From: Hydrolagus affinis
Taxonomy: Eukaryota
Length of the DNA stretch: 64,000 bases
Direction: 5' to 3'
NCBI GenBank assembly: GCA_012026655.1
Contig: JAAILG010000011.1
Span: 62,001-126,000, forward strand
Shown here: positions 40,667 through 54,491 of the stretch, one piece after another
Numbering within the stretch: the first letter of the stretch is position 1
How the letters are laid out: each line of letters begins with the position of its first letter
Translations under genes and position numbers: made by a program
Notes under the pieces: generated by a model
Told to the model about the DNA's origin: nothing
Databases searched by the model: none
Seen by the model: the letters and a program-made list of their open reading frames with translations, nothing else

Positions 40667-40829
40667 CGAGCGTTGCTGGAGCAGAAGCAAAAGAAGAGAC
40701 GCCAAGAGCCCTTGATGGTCCAGTCAAATGTGGACGGTCGCTCACGGACTCGGAGGACGAAGCAGTCGGAGGAGCAGGCACCTCTGGTCGAATCGTATCT
40801 CAACAGCAACAGCAGCACCATTTACCATG
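40667..40829 (+). CDS. TUB: TUB coding exon 3 ([19 protein letters not shown]...SSTIYH)
   Basis: ccacag|CGAGCGTTG...TACCATG|gtacgt; 163 nt; overlaps ORF 40673..40873. Confidence 0.96.
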
Positions 40830-41079
40830 GTACGTCAGTATGTCTGCACTTTGTAACATGCCCAAGCTCATAAAGCCAATTAACTCAAGATTTCAGTGAC
40901 TGTAGAGGAGGCCTCAATATACAGTTTGATGGTGTAAAATGGAACAAAAATGTATTCCTACATCAAGAATATTCACCAACCAGTCAGGAATTCAGTGCTT
41001 GAAATAGTTTATGAAGTAAAACCCTCATAGTAGACTTTTCTTTTGACTCTAAATAAACAGGTATCTTGATCAGGTACAT

Positions 41080-41185
41080 CCACCCACCCAACCAGCACAC
41101 CCAACCACCCAACCAGCACACCACCCACCCACCAAGCCCGCCCACCCACCCACCCAATCAGCACACCCACCCACCCACTCACTCA
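41080..41185 (+). repeat. (CCAC/CCAA)n degenerate simple repeat
   Basis: Read directly; source of the spurious HPPNQHT ORF. Confidence 0.9.
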
Positions 41186-44100
41186 CTACAGTTAACTCCT
41201 AGTCGTAGCAGACTTGCGCTGGTAGGTTTCAAGAAATGTAGACCATGATATTAAGTTTGCTGGAAATAATGAGCAAAAGTATCAGCTGTATCACTGCAAC
41301 TATGTCTTGAGTGGGTCTCAGCAGAGTTGGAGGCACTTTTGAATCAGCATCTCCTCCGCACTGTGAATTTTACGTTACATTCACTCATCTACAGCTGTAC
41401 AGCTGTAAATTATAGGATGATGAAGAGCTCAGCTTTCAATCCTCTGCCCAAACATTGTGATTTAACCTCAACTTCAGGCAAACAGGTCAGCTATACCTGA
41501 ATGAGATTTCTATTTGATAACACAAATTATCTTTGGAGTCAGTTCACGCAAGATTGTTGATTTAGTGCCAAATTTGCAGCAGTTTTGTGCTCTCGAAACA
41601 CACCAATCAGGAACCTGAATCATCCTATATAATGGAATAACTCCAAGGGGATAATTGAGTTTGGTGGATAATTCAGATTCAACTGAACTTCTTATTTAAT
41701 AAGATTTACCAATAAAGCCATATGAAAAATACACTGCTCTTTCGGGCACAATATAATGTGAAGCTTTCAGCTCGCAACAATTTGTTACTTCTTTTTATCG
41801 AGCAATATTTTATTAATAAAATGTTTGGTAGTAGAATCCAGCTTCAGATAATTTGATTTACTTTTAAATTGCTTTAAAGCTGACCCAGATTGTATTTGCA
41901 GTGCAGTAAAGTCTTACTTAACTGAATACTGTTTTGATGATAACTAAAATGCATCTTTAAAGGCAAGGGATACAGAATAAAGCCAATGTCTGAAATGGGG
42001 GTAAGGGGGGTTGGAGTGGGTTTGAGGGTTAGAATGGGGAGGTGGGGTGTGGGGGGGGGTGGCGGGTAAGGGGTGTACAGGAATGCACAAAGGAGGTTAA
42101 GTCACAATAATATCCCAGAGACAATGTGAGAACTTCATTAAGAATCTCACACTGGTTTCCAATACATCCAAATGTCTGTGAATTGTTTCTGATTTATCTA
42201 TAGCTTGGAATTCAGACTAGTTGTCTCTATTCAGCACCTTGAACAGCAGTTCTGTTGATTCCAACAGCAGAAATGCACCAAGTTGATTTAAATCCTTCTC
42301 AGAATTGTCATTTTCGTGTTAATTTAATGCTCATTAGTATCCTCTTTCTGCATGATTTTCACAATTATCTGACGGATATTAATGTCGAAAAAAAAAATGT
42401 GCACATTTTCTCCAAGGCACACTGTGTGTAGAACAGTGGGAGAACACTACAATTTCCTAGTAAATAAGAACTCTGCTTAGTCTAAAGCGGATTACATGAG
42501 TTTGAGAATTATGTCTGTGTGGCTACTGAACCATGGAGGCTTAATTCAACAGTAAAATGGGTGACCATCCAGATGACCAGAAAACATCTGTGGCTAGATG
42601 CTCAGGCACTCCTGAGATTTGAAAAGGTAGAAAGCTCTCGCACAGTATATTTCTCATCCAGAGGAAAGTGCATCACAGATGGACAGCGAGGAGCTGAGTG
42701 ACATAGTTAACAATCAAGTGCGGTGCAACAGTGAGAGAAGAAACTAGTGATTAGTGTTCAAATCATTATTGAAAGAAAATGAATTAAGCTGTTGTGCCTG
42801 ATTAGGCAGTAAATTGTGGTGTGCCAGTGAAACGAGCTGTTAGCTCAATCAGTCATCACAGTCTTCAAGGTCAGGGATCATTATGTTGGGAAATAGAACA
42901 ACTTGGCATTAATGGACAAGAAGCCCCAAACCCTCAATGCCCATCCAGTTGCCTTAAATTTAACACTACAAAATCCACTCCACCCATAGAAATCAATGGA
43001 AAAATAAACAATTTATTTTTCTTCTCATCTTATGGAGTGTGATTTGCATCGAGGTTACGTTTGGTTAAATGGTCCTGATTTCTAATTGACCCAAATCAAA
43101 TTCAGGTATATTTGCATCCCTACATCCCTGACCTAATATACATCCCTACAATATACAATGAAAGTGATTGCAAGATAAGTTAAGCTAGCAAAAGTAATAT
43201 TAATAATATTTGAAAGTCAGTGTTTAAATGGAAAAGCAATATTTCTGACCCAGTGAAATACAGAGAGTTTACACTGTGTCTTACCATTCTGCCATACTTT
43301 ATAAATAGAGCCCAATTTACATGTAAATCCAAATACTAAGGCCATTTGCATATATGCTTTCTACTGTGCTCAGTGCTCTTTCAATGCACTTCAGAAACCA
43401 CGAGACTCCCACTCCATAGATTTCTGCAATATTGCAGGTCAAAAGACAGGCAGCAATACAACCGAATAATTAATTTAACAATGGTGAATTTAGGGCTTGA
43501 AAGTACAATGAAAGGAGTTGCCTCACAAGGAAAAACACATCCAGAGATGGAATCCACACTTTATTTTTCAATGCTTTCCTTTGGAAAGGGAAGGGAGCAA
43601 AATATTACTTCTAACACAAAGTAATTTGACAGTTATAGCTTTTGTCCTGGTTTATACCATTCCCATGTGTATTGTGTCACAAACTCTCACTGCTCATTCT
43701 CCCTCTTTATCACAGCCTTTGCATTTGCACCCTTGAGTTCTCACTCAGTGGTGCATGAGTAAAATGAAGTCAACAATAGTTACCAGTTGAAAAGTGACGT
43801 GACCATTGAATCCAAGTAATAAATATTAAAAGCATATCCCCGAAGCTTTGTGCAATGTTGGCTTGAAACGAACAGGATAGTATTTCAGAACCGTTGCTTG
43901 ATCCACTTACACCATTTACCTCCAGAGTGACACTGACTCAATTTGGACTTCGAAGCAGGTGGCTATCTCATCCATGGCAGCTACCATTTAATTGGATTGG
44001 AAAACTAGCTTGTTGTTGGGGAAATTGCAATTAACTGGTCTCCTTGATGCGTGCACTAGACTGCAAATGATGGCCTCAGACTGGCTGGCTTGGTCTGCTA

Positions 44101-44699
44101 ATTTCCGATAACTCATGCACCGTTCATTGATGGCCAAAATCTCATTTGCACAGCCAAAGTTAAGCCAGAGAAACCTTCTCTGCATTTGCAACTCGGCCAT
44201 TATAATGGGGGTCAGTCTCATCCTGCTGCCAATTCACACTTTTCCAAACCAGCAGCCGGACACGACACACAATTCTCTGCATTCCCGTTTGCTCTGTCTT
44301 CTCTCCCAGTCTGAATCCTTCCTTTTGTCTACCAGCTCTCTTCCCGTATGAGCTGGGTACAAAAACAAATCAGCACAATGTATGAACACGCACTCCTTTG
44401 TTTTGTGACGGTGAAAATAGTTCCACTGCTGATATTGGCTCTTAAGCATGGTTCATGGCACAAAGGATTAGGGTGAGCTAGAGTGTTCTGCTGGAGGCTG
44501 GGCTATGGTAGACAGATTCCTTGTCAATGTTGAAACAACTCTGTTGGAGAAGAGTTCATTCTTCACTTGAGAGTGAAATTGTCATTAATCCTAATGATAT
44601 CCATCAGATGTTTATGTCACTGCAGTAGAGAAAGCCAACTGCAGAACATTTGAACATGTTTCAAAATGCATTGATTTATTGACGTATTAAATCTGTACA

Positions 44700-45390
44700 T
44701 TGTTAATTAAGGCCTCTACTATTATAGTACACAGTATAATGTAATGCATTGATGATTTTAGTGTTACAGAGGGTATGAGGATGACCTAATGAACACACAG
44801 CTTAAGGCAGGGAGTGTTGAAGACTGTAGGAACTGAGACTGTTACATTGGAGAAGAGACAATTGAGGGATTATTTTACAAAAGTGTTCAGTATCCTAAAA
44901 GGTCAGATAAACTATCACAACAGTTTTACATTAATTTGGTGCCTTTCGCATCAGGAGGACATCTCAAAGTTTCACAGAACTGACTGGGTGGGTGAACAGA
45001 GGGGAGAATGACCAAAAACCTATCAAAAAGATAAGTGTTAAGATGGGCTTTAAAGCTGGGGAGAGATTCCAGGGTGGAGTACCAGAGAATGGGGGCAGAT
45101 TGACTGAAAGCTTGCACACTGATGATGGGTCAGGTTAGGAGGGGCTATGAAGCAAAGACTAAGCTAGACTCCAATACCTGATTCATTATGGTCAAGTGGT
45201 CCACAGCCAGGCGTCCATGATCTCAAATTCTAGAGAGGAGGGGGAGATGAACACATAGTTTAGAACTTCATTGCTTTATGCAAAGGGCAGTTAGCATATG
45301 GAACAGCTTCTCCCTAGTGAAGTGAAATCAAGTAGGTTTTTGATGGCAAAAAGCGGATTTTAGGAGTTTGTTAAGGACACATGTTTTTTG
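44700..45390 (+). mobile_element. Degenerate CR1-clade LINE 3' region, split by the L2 insertion
   Basis: LEKRQLRDYFTKVFSILKG (cf. CR1 LEKRRLRGDLIEVYKI) before the insert; QRAVSIWNS-like sequence after it. Confidence 0.65.
44925..45150 (-). mobile_element. L2-clade LINE 3' end nested in CR1
   Basis: ORF 44926..45117 AFSQSAPILW..SLPSFKAHLNTYLFD matches the L2 ORF2 C-terminal motif. Confidence 0.78.
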
Positions 45391-46607
45391 AAAATGAGAC
45401 CAGCTGGAGACACTGCAGTGAAGATTTTCCCAGATTAAAGCACATTCTGAGCTTTCTATTTACTGTAGAGTATGTGTTGGTGTATAGCCATGTGGTGTAA
45501 CAGTATATACATGTAGAATACTGATGTGCACATGTGTGGTACACTGGTTTGGAGACGTACTGAATACCCAAATGGGTGAACAAACATGGAAAGAAAAGGA
45601 AATATGTTCCTTTGCAGTTTTCTAACCACAGACCCATTAACATCTAAAGCGGTTCACTGATGGAATGAAACAATTTACTTCTAATTTCACACTTTAGCAG
45701 AGAAAGCCTCTGATCAGTCACCTGTGAAGTGTTGCATTATTCAGAGTCCGTTCAATAAAGCTCCCAACATGTTCAAAGAATTCAAGCGAACACAATCCCT
45801 TTGTTGTGATCTATCTGCTTTAATTTCAAAGTGGCTGGAGTCAAATCTACATTGTAACCCATTAACTTTCTGAACAATTGGGTCTCCTTTTTTTTAAGCT
45901 TTCATAATATCTCAATATACTTCTTTGCCCTAAACATTTGCACAGAATGTGTCACAGGCTCAGTGCACGACTTTCCATCCCCATAGATATTACAGTAACA
46001 GCCACATAACCCAAGACATGTATGGATCAAGGTCAGATTCTTCTTTCAATTTCATGAAGGATAAACAAATGTTCTCTACTTTAAACCAGAGTGTGTTTGT
46101 CTTCTCCCTTGCTGGTGCACAATAGCGGTGCTCTGACCACCTGGAGCGATTAACTTGCCAGCAATCTGTACCAGGGATGGGAGAAAAAGCTGGTGAGGTT
46201 TCCTGAAGGCTACCACTAGGAAACTCGGTGTCCACTAAGAATGACTGTGCCACTCATGCATGGCAGTTGTGTGTCCTAATCACGTAAAGTCACAGTCTGA
46301 AAATCAACAAAGTAACCATGCAGTTGCGTAATCCACTTTCAGAACGTTGTTGATGTTCCTGTAAAGGAAGAGTATTCTGTGAAATAAGCACTTGCACTTG
46401 ACTTAAAGCCTATTGAAACTGTTCCGCTGTTTACATTTTCCTATGCGTCTCCCCTCTGCTTTATCCTTATCTCTTCTCTTGCTCTCTCTCTTTCTCTCTT
46501 TCTCCCTGTGTTCCTTGTCTGTCTCGACTGTTTATCCCTCCCTCCCCCCACCCCCACCATCTTCCCCTCCCCCTCCCCTCCGCCCGCCAAATATTGGTGT
46601 GCAGCAG

Positions 46608-46742
46608 TGCAAGAAGCCGAACACGAGGATGTAAAGGTTGTAACAGACGTGCAAGTCCCAAAGCCTCCTAAAAAATCAAAGTCTGCAACTGCAGGCTCAC
46701 AGGCGGCCAGCACCAAGAAGGAGAAAAAGGGGAAACACAAAG
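46608..46742 (+). CDS. TUB: TUB coding exon 4 (VQEAEHED...KKEKKGKHK); alternative start 46605
   Basis: gtgcagcag|TGCAAGAA...CACAAAG|gtcagc; 135 nt, phase 1-1; KEKKGKHK motif as in Tub. Confidence 0.92.
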
Positions 46743-48374
46743 GTCAGCCTGCTGCCACTGGCTTGAAACTAGCGTTGCATGCAGACTGCTTGTCTCCGCA
46801 GTGAAAACAATTCAGCATGCTTTGCTTGCAATGTCAAAGTGTACCACAGTGGATTCCCTTAAACGTTACCTTCAATGCACAATCTTGAGTGTTGCGGAAT
46901 GAGAGAAGACGCATTAACTCAACTAGATTGAGGTTCATGTTTCTGGGAGGCTCAGAGGAGAGGCTTAGAGAGACAAGGTAGTGAATAGGGAGGGTGCTAT
47001 CAAGGGCTACACAATATCAGTATGGGAATGAAGAGATAATACTGTCATTAAAAACCCTTACATTTGATATAGTGACTTTTGTCTCAGAGTGCTTTGCGAC
47101 CTATACAGTACAGGTACTGTAATTTGTAGTGATACTTTGTAGATAAACATTCAATTTGGGTAGAGAATGGTAACATTTAAAGAAATAAAAAGAGGATTGA
47201 GAGAATAGGGGAAAGTTACAATGGGTAACCAGAAATGAAAGCACTGACTTTATTCTCTCTTTAATTTGAATTTTATTTATTTCATTGTTTGACGGATCGT
47301 ATTACAGTGGTAAAGTGATTGATATCATTTGGGTAGCTTTATTACTTTACCGTTAGTGTTTGTTTTGAGCATCTGGTATGCAGACAAGCAAACTCAGTTG
47401 ACTCCGACAGCAGTCTAGTTCCATGGATCTACGGGGGATTGAAGTTCAATGTAAACTGAATGAATACAAGAAAATTTGACACAATTAGCTGTGTACCTCA
47501 TCCCAATAGCTGCTGTTTCATTTCATCAATAGCCGCTTACCTGTGCCTGAAAGCTTTGAACGGCCTAAGTTTGGTGATGCTGAACAAACCATGCAGTTAT
47601 GTCAACCGTGATAAGTATATTCATTAACATGAAAAGTACAATACTTCACCCCAAGAGGACAATTGACAACCAAGCAGTAGAACATGTTGGTGTGAAGTTT
47701 ATGCCCCCACACTCCCTACACCAAAGGTTCTTCTGGCTTGAATTTAAAAAGTTCAGGAAATCTTTCACTGTGTTCTTTATCAATGTCCAAACAGGCGACT
47801 ATTATGTTTGTCGGGGTGGGAGGTGCAGGGGGAGGGGGGTGGGGGGGGAGTGGCGTGTGGGAGGGAGAGAGAGTGGGGTTGTCCACTGTTACTTTTCTTT
47901 GATCCTTTCACCCATCAAACATGCAGCCAATTTGTTTAACAGTGTATTCGGTGCAGCGCTTTGAAACGTCTAGTAGACGGGATAAGGCGTTACATCAAAT
48001 GACAGCAATTTTATTATTATTATTATCATTATTATTTCTCAGTCATCAGTCGATGCTTAGGTAATGACTTTTGGGATGACGATTCACATCTGGTTTAATC
48101 ATTCAAAATCCAGATTGCTGCGGACCGATCTACAACAAAAATCTAAATCAACCTAATTACACTCATATAGGCACACTGGAACATCTACAACACAGGAAGG
48201 TACTTCGCAAGCCAACAAGATGCAATAAAAATCAGAGTGTCTAAAGTTGGCATTTAGGGAAACATTCATGTTGAATAAGTGTTACCTTGTCACTCTGTTA
48301 ATCTGGAATGACTGCGCAGTCTGTTCCGAAGGTAAAATTCAACCTACTCTGGGTGAGAATCCCACATTTCCGAG

Positions 48375-48600
48375 TAATAATAATAATAATCCTTGCATTT
48401 TGATATAGCGCTTTTCACGTCTTCTAGACATCTCAAAGCTCTTCACAGAATATACTGTAAAGTGAATTGACCGTATACTTGTGGGCGAAATATGGCAGCC
48501 AATTGCGCACAGCAGTGTCCCACAAACAGTCGTGGATTGAAATGACCAATTTCATTATTTTTTTTTGTAGAGGGATTATTAGGCATGTGAGTAAGGAAAA
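48375..48600 (-). mobile_element. SINE, 5'-truncated (TUB intron 4)
   Basis: Well-preserved family tail and body; no tRNA head. Confidence 0.88.
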
Positions 48601-50579
48601 ATGTACATCTGGCATGTAGGAATGCCATTGTTGGGAGCGTTAAACCTTTATTGGACTTCTTTTAATTTGCAAAACTGTCTGGCTAGGAAAGGACAAAAAT
48701 AGCTTTTAGAAACATTCAACCAATTTGGGTTCATATTGCATCCTTACAGCACAGAACAGCACAGGTGAGTGCAGTGTGACCTCATTTCTTGTGCTGAATG
48801 GGCTTTGTGGTTCAGGGAACATGGTAGGTGCCTAGGGTGGGCATTATTTAGAATCTGTTATTTACTGGATTGGATTTTACTCAAACTGCATTCTTGCTTG
48901 GGCATTGTCTGTAGAAACACAAGAAGGAAAGCTTTTTTTTTTGCACAACATGTTTGCGAAGGCTGTGTTCATATTTGCTTCCAAACAGATCGATTTCCCT
49001 CCTGGGAATATTGAGAGACAGGTCGCTGTAGGTCACAGCCTTACCTCTTTGTCCTGGGTGTTTCTGTTTATCACAAATCCACCTCGCTGCTTGGTTCTGC
49101 ACCTGACATACAGCAGAAGAGTTTCCATTGTGAAGGAACTCGGAACCACAACAGAGGTACATTTGGATGCTTGTCTTACATGCCAGAAACTTAACCAGCG
49201 TTGGGACTTTATTAATCATTGAAGAGAGGTGAAAATGACCAGGGTTTGCCCAGTCATGGACAAAGTGCCAAGCAAACCATTATGTCCATCACAACCACGA
49301 GGTACCAATAGGCATCAACAATTGGGACTGATGCCCCTTTCTTTCCTAGCAGATACCTTCAATGTCCCTCCTGGAGCCATAATATGGCAGGGTGGGTGGG
49401 GGGAGGTGCAACTGAGATGTCTCTATGACAAGATAAGGTGCTATATCAAATACAAGGATTATTATTATCCACTGACCTGTGCCACTGAGCGGCCCAGTGC
49501 TCGAGTGAATTAATGTAGTACACAGGATCCTCAGGTGAGTCCAACAACAGCACATCATCATCTGCAAAAGGAAACGCCTGGAACAGTTGCACCAATTCCA
49601 CTTGTCTCAGTGCCATCCAGTGCATGTGTTAGAAGGAACATGGACATGTTTTCATATTTCATCCGCATATATATTGATGCTAATGCCAGTGTTATGGCTT
49701 ATTCAGTCTGTACGGGCCCAGCAGTTATTGCACATTTCCATCTTTTAACACATCACTTTATCACACTGTATTTACACAGTTGAAAGACTCTATCCTGCTT
49801 CCATTAGTTCATCGTGTACATGGGAAACCCTCTTATCTTCAAATAAAAGAATGTACACCTTCCCTTTAAATTACGTACTCTTAGGGAGCTAATTAAGTTT
49901 GTAGCGATCGAGTTTTCTTGCTCATTTATCCTAACTAAAGAGAAGCTAATTTTACTGCATTTTACCCCGTAGCCATAATCTGCCCAAAGGAAAATGGCAG
50001 TGTTTTAATTAACTCTGCATTTTTAATCTCCCTCCTGAACCACTTTCTGCTTTGACTAACACTGACTGACAGCTGCTGCTATGTAATAGTGTGAGATTGA
50101 AAGAGCATTAAAAATGAAAGGAGTGATTCAGAACCATAGGAGAGGGGTGGAGCAAAGGGAACGAAAATAGCAAATGACACAATAAGGTTTTGTAAGGTGA
50201 ATTTCAGAACACAATAGAATTGAAAAATTAAACACAACAAACATAAAACAACACCAACAAAATTGCATTTATAGAGTGCTTTTTATGTCGGAAGGATGTC
50301 CCAAGGCACTGTACTGTTTATACCGCTAACAGAATCAAAATCTCTGCTTTACAAGTTTACAGCAGCAGTGAATAAATAAGCAAACATAATTCCTGCTTCC
50401 ATCATAGATTTCCCCACAGTCTGGTGTTTCTCATCAGTAACCGCCTTAAGGATATATTCTTTTAATACCAAAGCCATTGACCCTCAGCAAAATAAAAGAT
50501 CAGACTAACTGGAATTTTAATTAAAAGTATAATTTGTTAGGGAAGCCTAGTCTGCCTATTTTTCCCCCTGCAAATAATT

Positions 50580-51092
50580 GTAATTGGATTTGATACAGCA
50601 CTTTTCACTTTAGGTTGACATCTCAAGACACTTCCCAGGATTCACTGTAAAGTTGGGGATTGTGAATTTTTGAAGTGACCAATTTGTGCAGAGCAATGTC
50701 TCATAGGCAGCCATGAAGTGAATAAACAATTTTATCTGGGGAACTGTTGGCCAGGCCTCTGAGAGATGCTTCCTTACTTTTCAGATAGTGCTGTGCCATC
50801 TTTAATAATAATTCTTGCATTTGATATAGAGCCTTATTGTGTCTTCTAGATGTCTCAAAGCACTTCACAGAATATGCTGTAAAGTGAATTGACTGTATAT
50901 TTTGTTAATGTACACCTCAGAAAGGCAAACAGGAATTAGGTTTAACATCTCATTTAAAGAATGACAAGTTCAACAAGGCAACACCCCCTCTCCTAGCATT
51001 GTATTATCAGCCTTGACTGCGAGTTCAAAGTAGGGCGTTAACCCACATTCTCCTGGCTCAGAGGCAAGAAGTGATAACAAACCAAGCCAGGC
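50580..51092 (-). mobile_element. Older Deu-domain SINE with nested young-SINE tail (50802-50905)
   Basis: Deu-like core split by a ~100-nt family tail fragment. Confidence 0.68.
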
Positions 51093-54000
51093 TGATGGAC
51101 ATGTTTGTGGTGATGTATTGGTTCAGGTTAAATGTTCCCCCTCTAACAGATGATCCTAATTATGATGATATCTGAGGTTCTGTTCCTCCTGATCCCCAAT
51201 ACCCAGCTCGGGTACAGATCCCTGACTGTCCAGCGTCTTGGGACGTCCACGTAACATGAAATGCGCTATACAAATTATAATCTGTTGTTATAGTAATAAT
51301 AATAACAATCGGTTGTTGTTGAGTTGCTTTAAAAAATGAAAGGAGCCGGCTCCCAGCCAAGGGAAGGTTAGTGAAAACTTTGGAAGAGTTTGCCTGGGAT
51401 CTTGTTCTGTCAGCAATTCCAGTCTTTTGCTCTCTGCAGGCTGGTGACCTAGTTGAACCATGACAAGCAAGAGAGACAGTACACAGAGCTTTTCTCTGTG
51501 TCTGATCATATTGTACCTAATCTAGGAGCACTTGATGCTGTCATTGCTCTGATGGGATTGTCTGACTTATTTTTTAGATGTTTCCTGCTGATGTTTGTTG
51601 GAAAATGAGCTCAGAACTGTTGGAGTCAAAGTTACTAACTGTCGACATCAACCATTTATAATGGCTAGACAAGTTCCCTGAAGGACCAATTTAAACTCTT
51701 GCATTCAGTACAATCCAGCTGCCTCTCACAGTGACATTTTGGCTTGAACAGGGAGAACTGAAGTTTCTTCAAGTCGGCTCACAGTAGGTGCAGTACTGTA
51801 TTAAACAACAGCGAAGAGGTGAGATAGCAGCGAAGACATAGATCAGACAGAAGTTGTAATAGCTATTTTTCACCACAATTTTCAATGTAAATAAGCTTAG
51901 TGGTGATGGGCAACTCAGGCGCTTGTGGGTGAATTGAACTTTATGGAAGTCGACGCATGATCATAAGGACTTGGACTAAGGTCTTGGAACATTATCAACA
52001 ACAATGGAATCTATCGCAAAATATTTCAACAACAACAATTTTGATTTATATAGCACCCTCCATGCCGGACGGCGTCTCTGAGCGCTTCAAGGATAGTTTG
52101 CTCAAGGTGCCCACATAATGCAGGGTTTTCGTAGCTTCCCAGCTGTCCTCTTTTCAGACAGAGTGGTTGAGAGAATAACAACAGCAGCAACAACTTGCAT
52201 TTACGTAGGACCTTTGATGTGGATTGTGCCTCGTGAATTCGATAAGTTTGGTGTCTCATTGAAGTTTGGGTGGATCATTGAATTGATCAGCAAAATGTTC
52301 ACACGAGGAAGCCCAGCTATTTGGCTGCAAATATGATCGTAATTGTTGCATACGTAAATTGCAATTACTCTTGTGCCTAGAATTCCTCTGGATCAGCCTG
52401 ATATAGGACATTATCCTGAAAGATCAAATGCATGGATTATTTAAATAATCTTGTTTTCTTATTTCTTTTTCCATACCTCTAATTTCACAGCAATCGTCCC
52501 TTGTGAATATAGGGTTACAGAAAGCAATCTCTGATTCACATTGACAATGTCCTGGATATGCACAGAGAAACTAGTGAACATGCCAGATAAAGGCATCGTG
52601 ACAGAAGTTGCATTAATCAGCCCCTTGAACTGTTCACTGAGAGCTCAGCCACTGTTGCCTCCCATCTCGTCATGTGATAACGCGTTAATCAAATAACAAG
52701 CAGTATGATTATCATTATTTTGCCCAGAAAAATATACAGTCAATTCACTTTACAATACATTCTGTGAAGCACTTTGAGACGTCTCGAATTCACAATAAGG
52801 CGCTGTATCAAATGCAAAGATTATTATTATTATTATCTCCAGCCATGCCTCCTAATTCAACCCAAGAATATTACTGAGTCGTAGCTTGCATTTACATTGC
52901 ATACATAAGCTCCCAAGATCTTCTAAACAGTGAGCTTCGAAACACAATTTTAAATCTTTGTAATGGAATTTGATTAGTCTTGCGAATAACTAAGCAAAAC
53001 CTTAAAATGTTGCCGGAAAAAAAGCAGGATTAGTTGTACTTTTACATGGCTTCATAACCTCGCTGAAGAGTATTGCAAATTGCATTCATGTTTATAGACT
53101 TTACATCATTAGTGAGAATTTTTTTTAAAATGGGAGCTGCGTGAAAATCTTTGATTAGAATCTAGTCCAATTACTTTGTTGAGGAACAGTACTTGGCAAA
53201 TCTTCTGTCATGAAAGAATCTGGATGAAGGTCATGTATTTCATCCACTTTCCACCACTAATGCAATGTCGATGGATGTTCCAATGTATTGTGCTGTGTTT
53301 ACTGAAGCTGGCCCTGATTGACAGCAAACTAATCGATTGTGTTTCTTTGGATTTCACATCTGCCTATGGAATTTCACTTCTGCGTTACATACAATTGATG
53401 AGAATCATTCAGAGAATTCAATTCCCCTCTTTCTCCTATTTCTCTTCTCTCCTATTAGTGTTTAATTCCCTTTTCATCTATCCTTCAGCACTTTAGTAAG
53501 CGCTCCGAGATGCCACCTGAACAGTGCTACATAAACGCAAGTTGTTGCTGTTGGTGTTTACCAAGTGTCCTCTATTGAAGTATGAGCCCGGGTAGTGTGT
53601 GTTGCAAAGCTTTCTAACGGCAGTTGAAGAGGAAGGGTGCATTACATCATCAGTCCGCCCCCTCCCCTCAGCTTTGGTGCCCATTGAGCTGTGTTAAATG
53701 CTTTGAGATGTCCTCCTGATGTGAACAGCACCTTTTCGAAACATTAGATTGGATGTGACAACTACTCAATATTTTGCAATAGTGGAAACTTTCAGTTTAC
53801 CACTTGCTTCCAGGCTTCCTTTGGCTGTGACTCTGTGTGAGTGTGCATGGGTGCGTGCGTGCATGTGCTTGTGGAGAGGTGCGTCTCAGCCACGACTTGC
53901 TCCCTCCTACACTTCGTTCAAATTCTGTCTACATCTTTGACCGCACTTTAGTTCATCTTTCTCCTCCTCCTCCTCATGTCCCTCAGCTCCCAACTTGGAC

Positions 54001-54326
54001 ACATTGTTAAGCGAGTTGGGATGGCCTGCTAATGTGAAAAATGCTGTATAAATGTGAACTTGTATTTTATTGTACTGTACCGTCGAACACAACTTGTCTT
54101 TACTCGTTCAGATTGGTAAATCTAACACAAGTGCTTTGCTCATGCTGTAGCAGATGGGTATGGAGATGCTGCTCATTGTCACAGTTAGGGGGTTCCACCA
54201 AAGGATTAGTAACACAAGCAGGTTTAACACTAGGGTTTAACTCTATGAGTAACACAGACCCATGCACTCCAAGAAACATCGGGTCTCTATAACACACCGA
54301 AGTGACTGAAGTCTGTCCTCTGGCAG

Positions 54327-54491
54327 GAATCGATGGGCCTGCAGCCTTTCAGGACGACCTGCAGGAGGTGAGGAGCCAGGTGCAGATCCTCACCGTTGGG
54401 CAGTCCAGCAATGATGATGACGACACAGACCCTGTGGCAAGCGCGCAGCAAGCAGCCAAGCAGGACCTCAGAGCCGCAATGCAGATAAAGG
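54327..54491 (+). CDS. TUB: TUB coding exon 5 (GIDGPAAF...VQILTVGQS...QDLRAAMQIK)
   Basis: ctggcag|GAATCGAT...ATAAAGG|gtaaat; 165 nt, phase 1-1; VQILTVGQS and QDLRA motifs. Confidence 0.94.
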
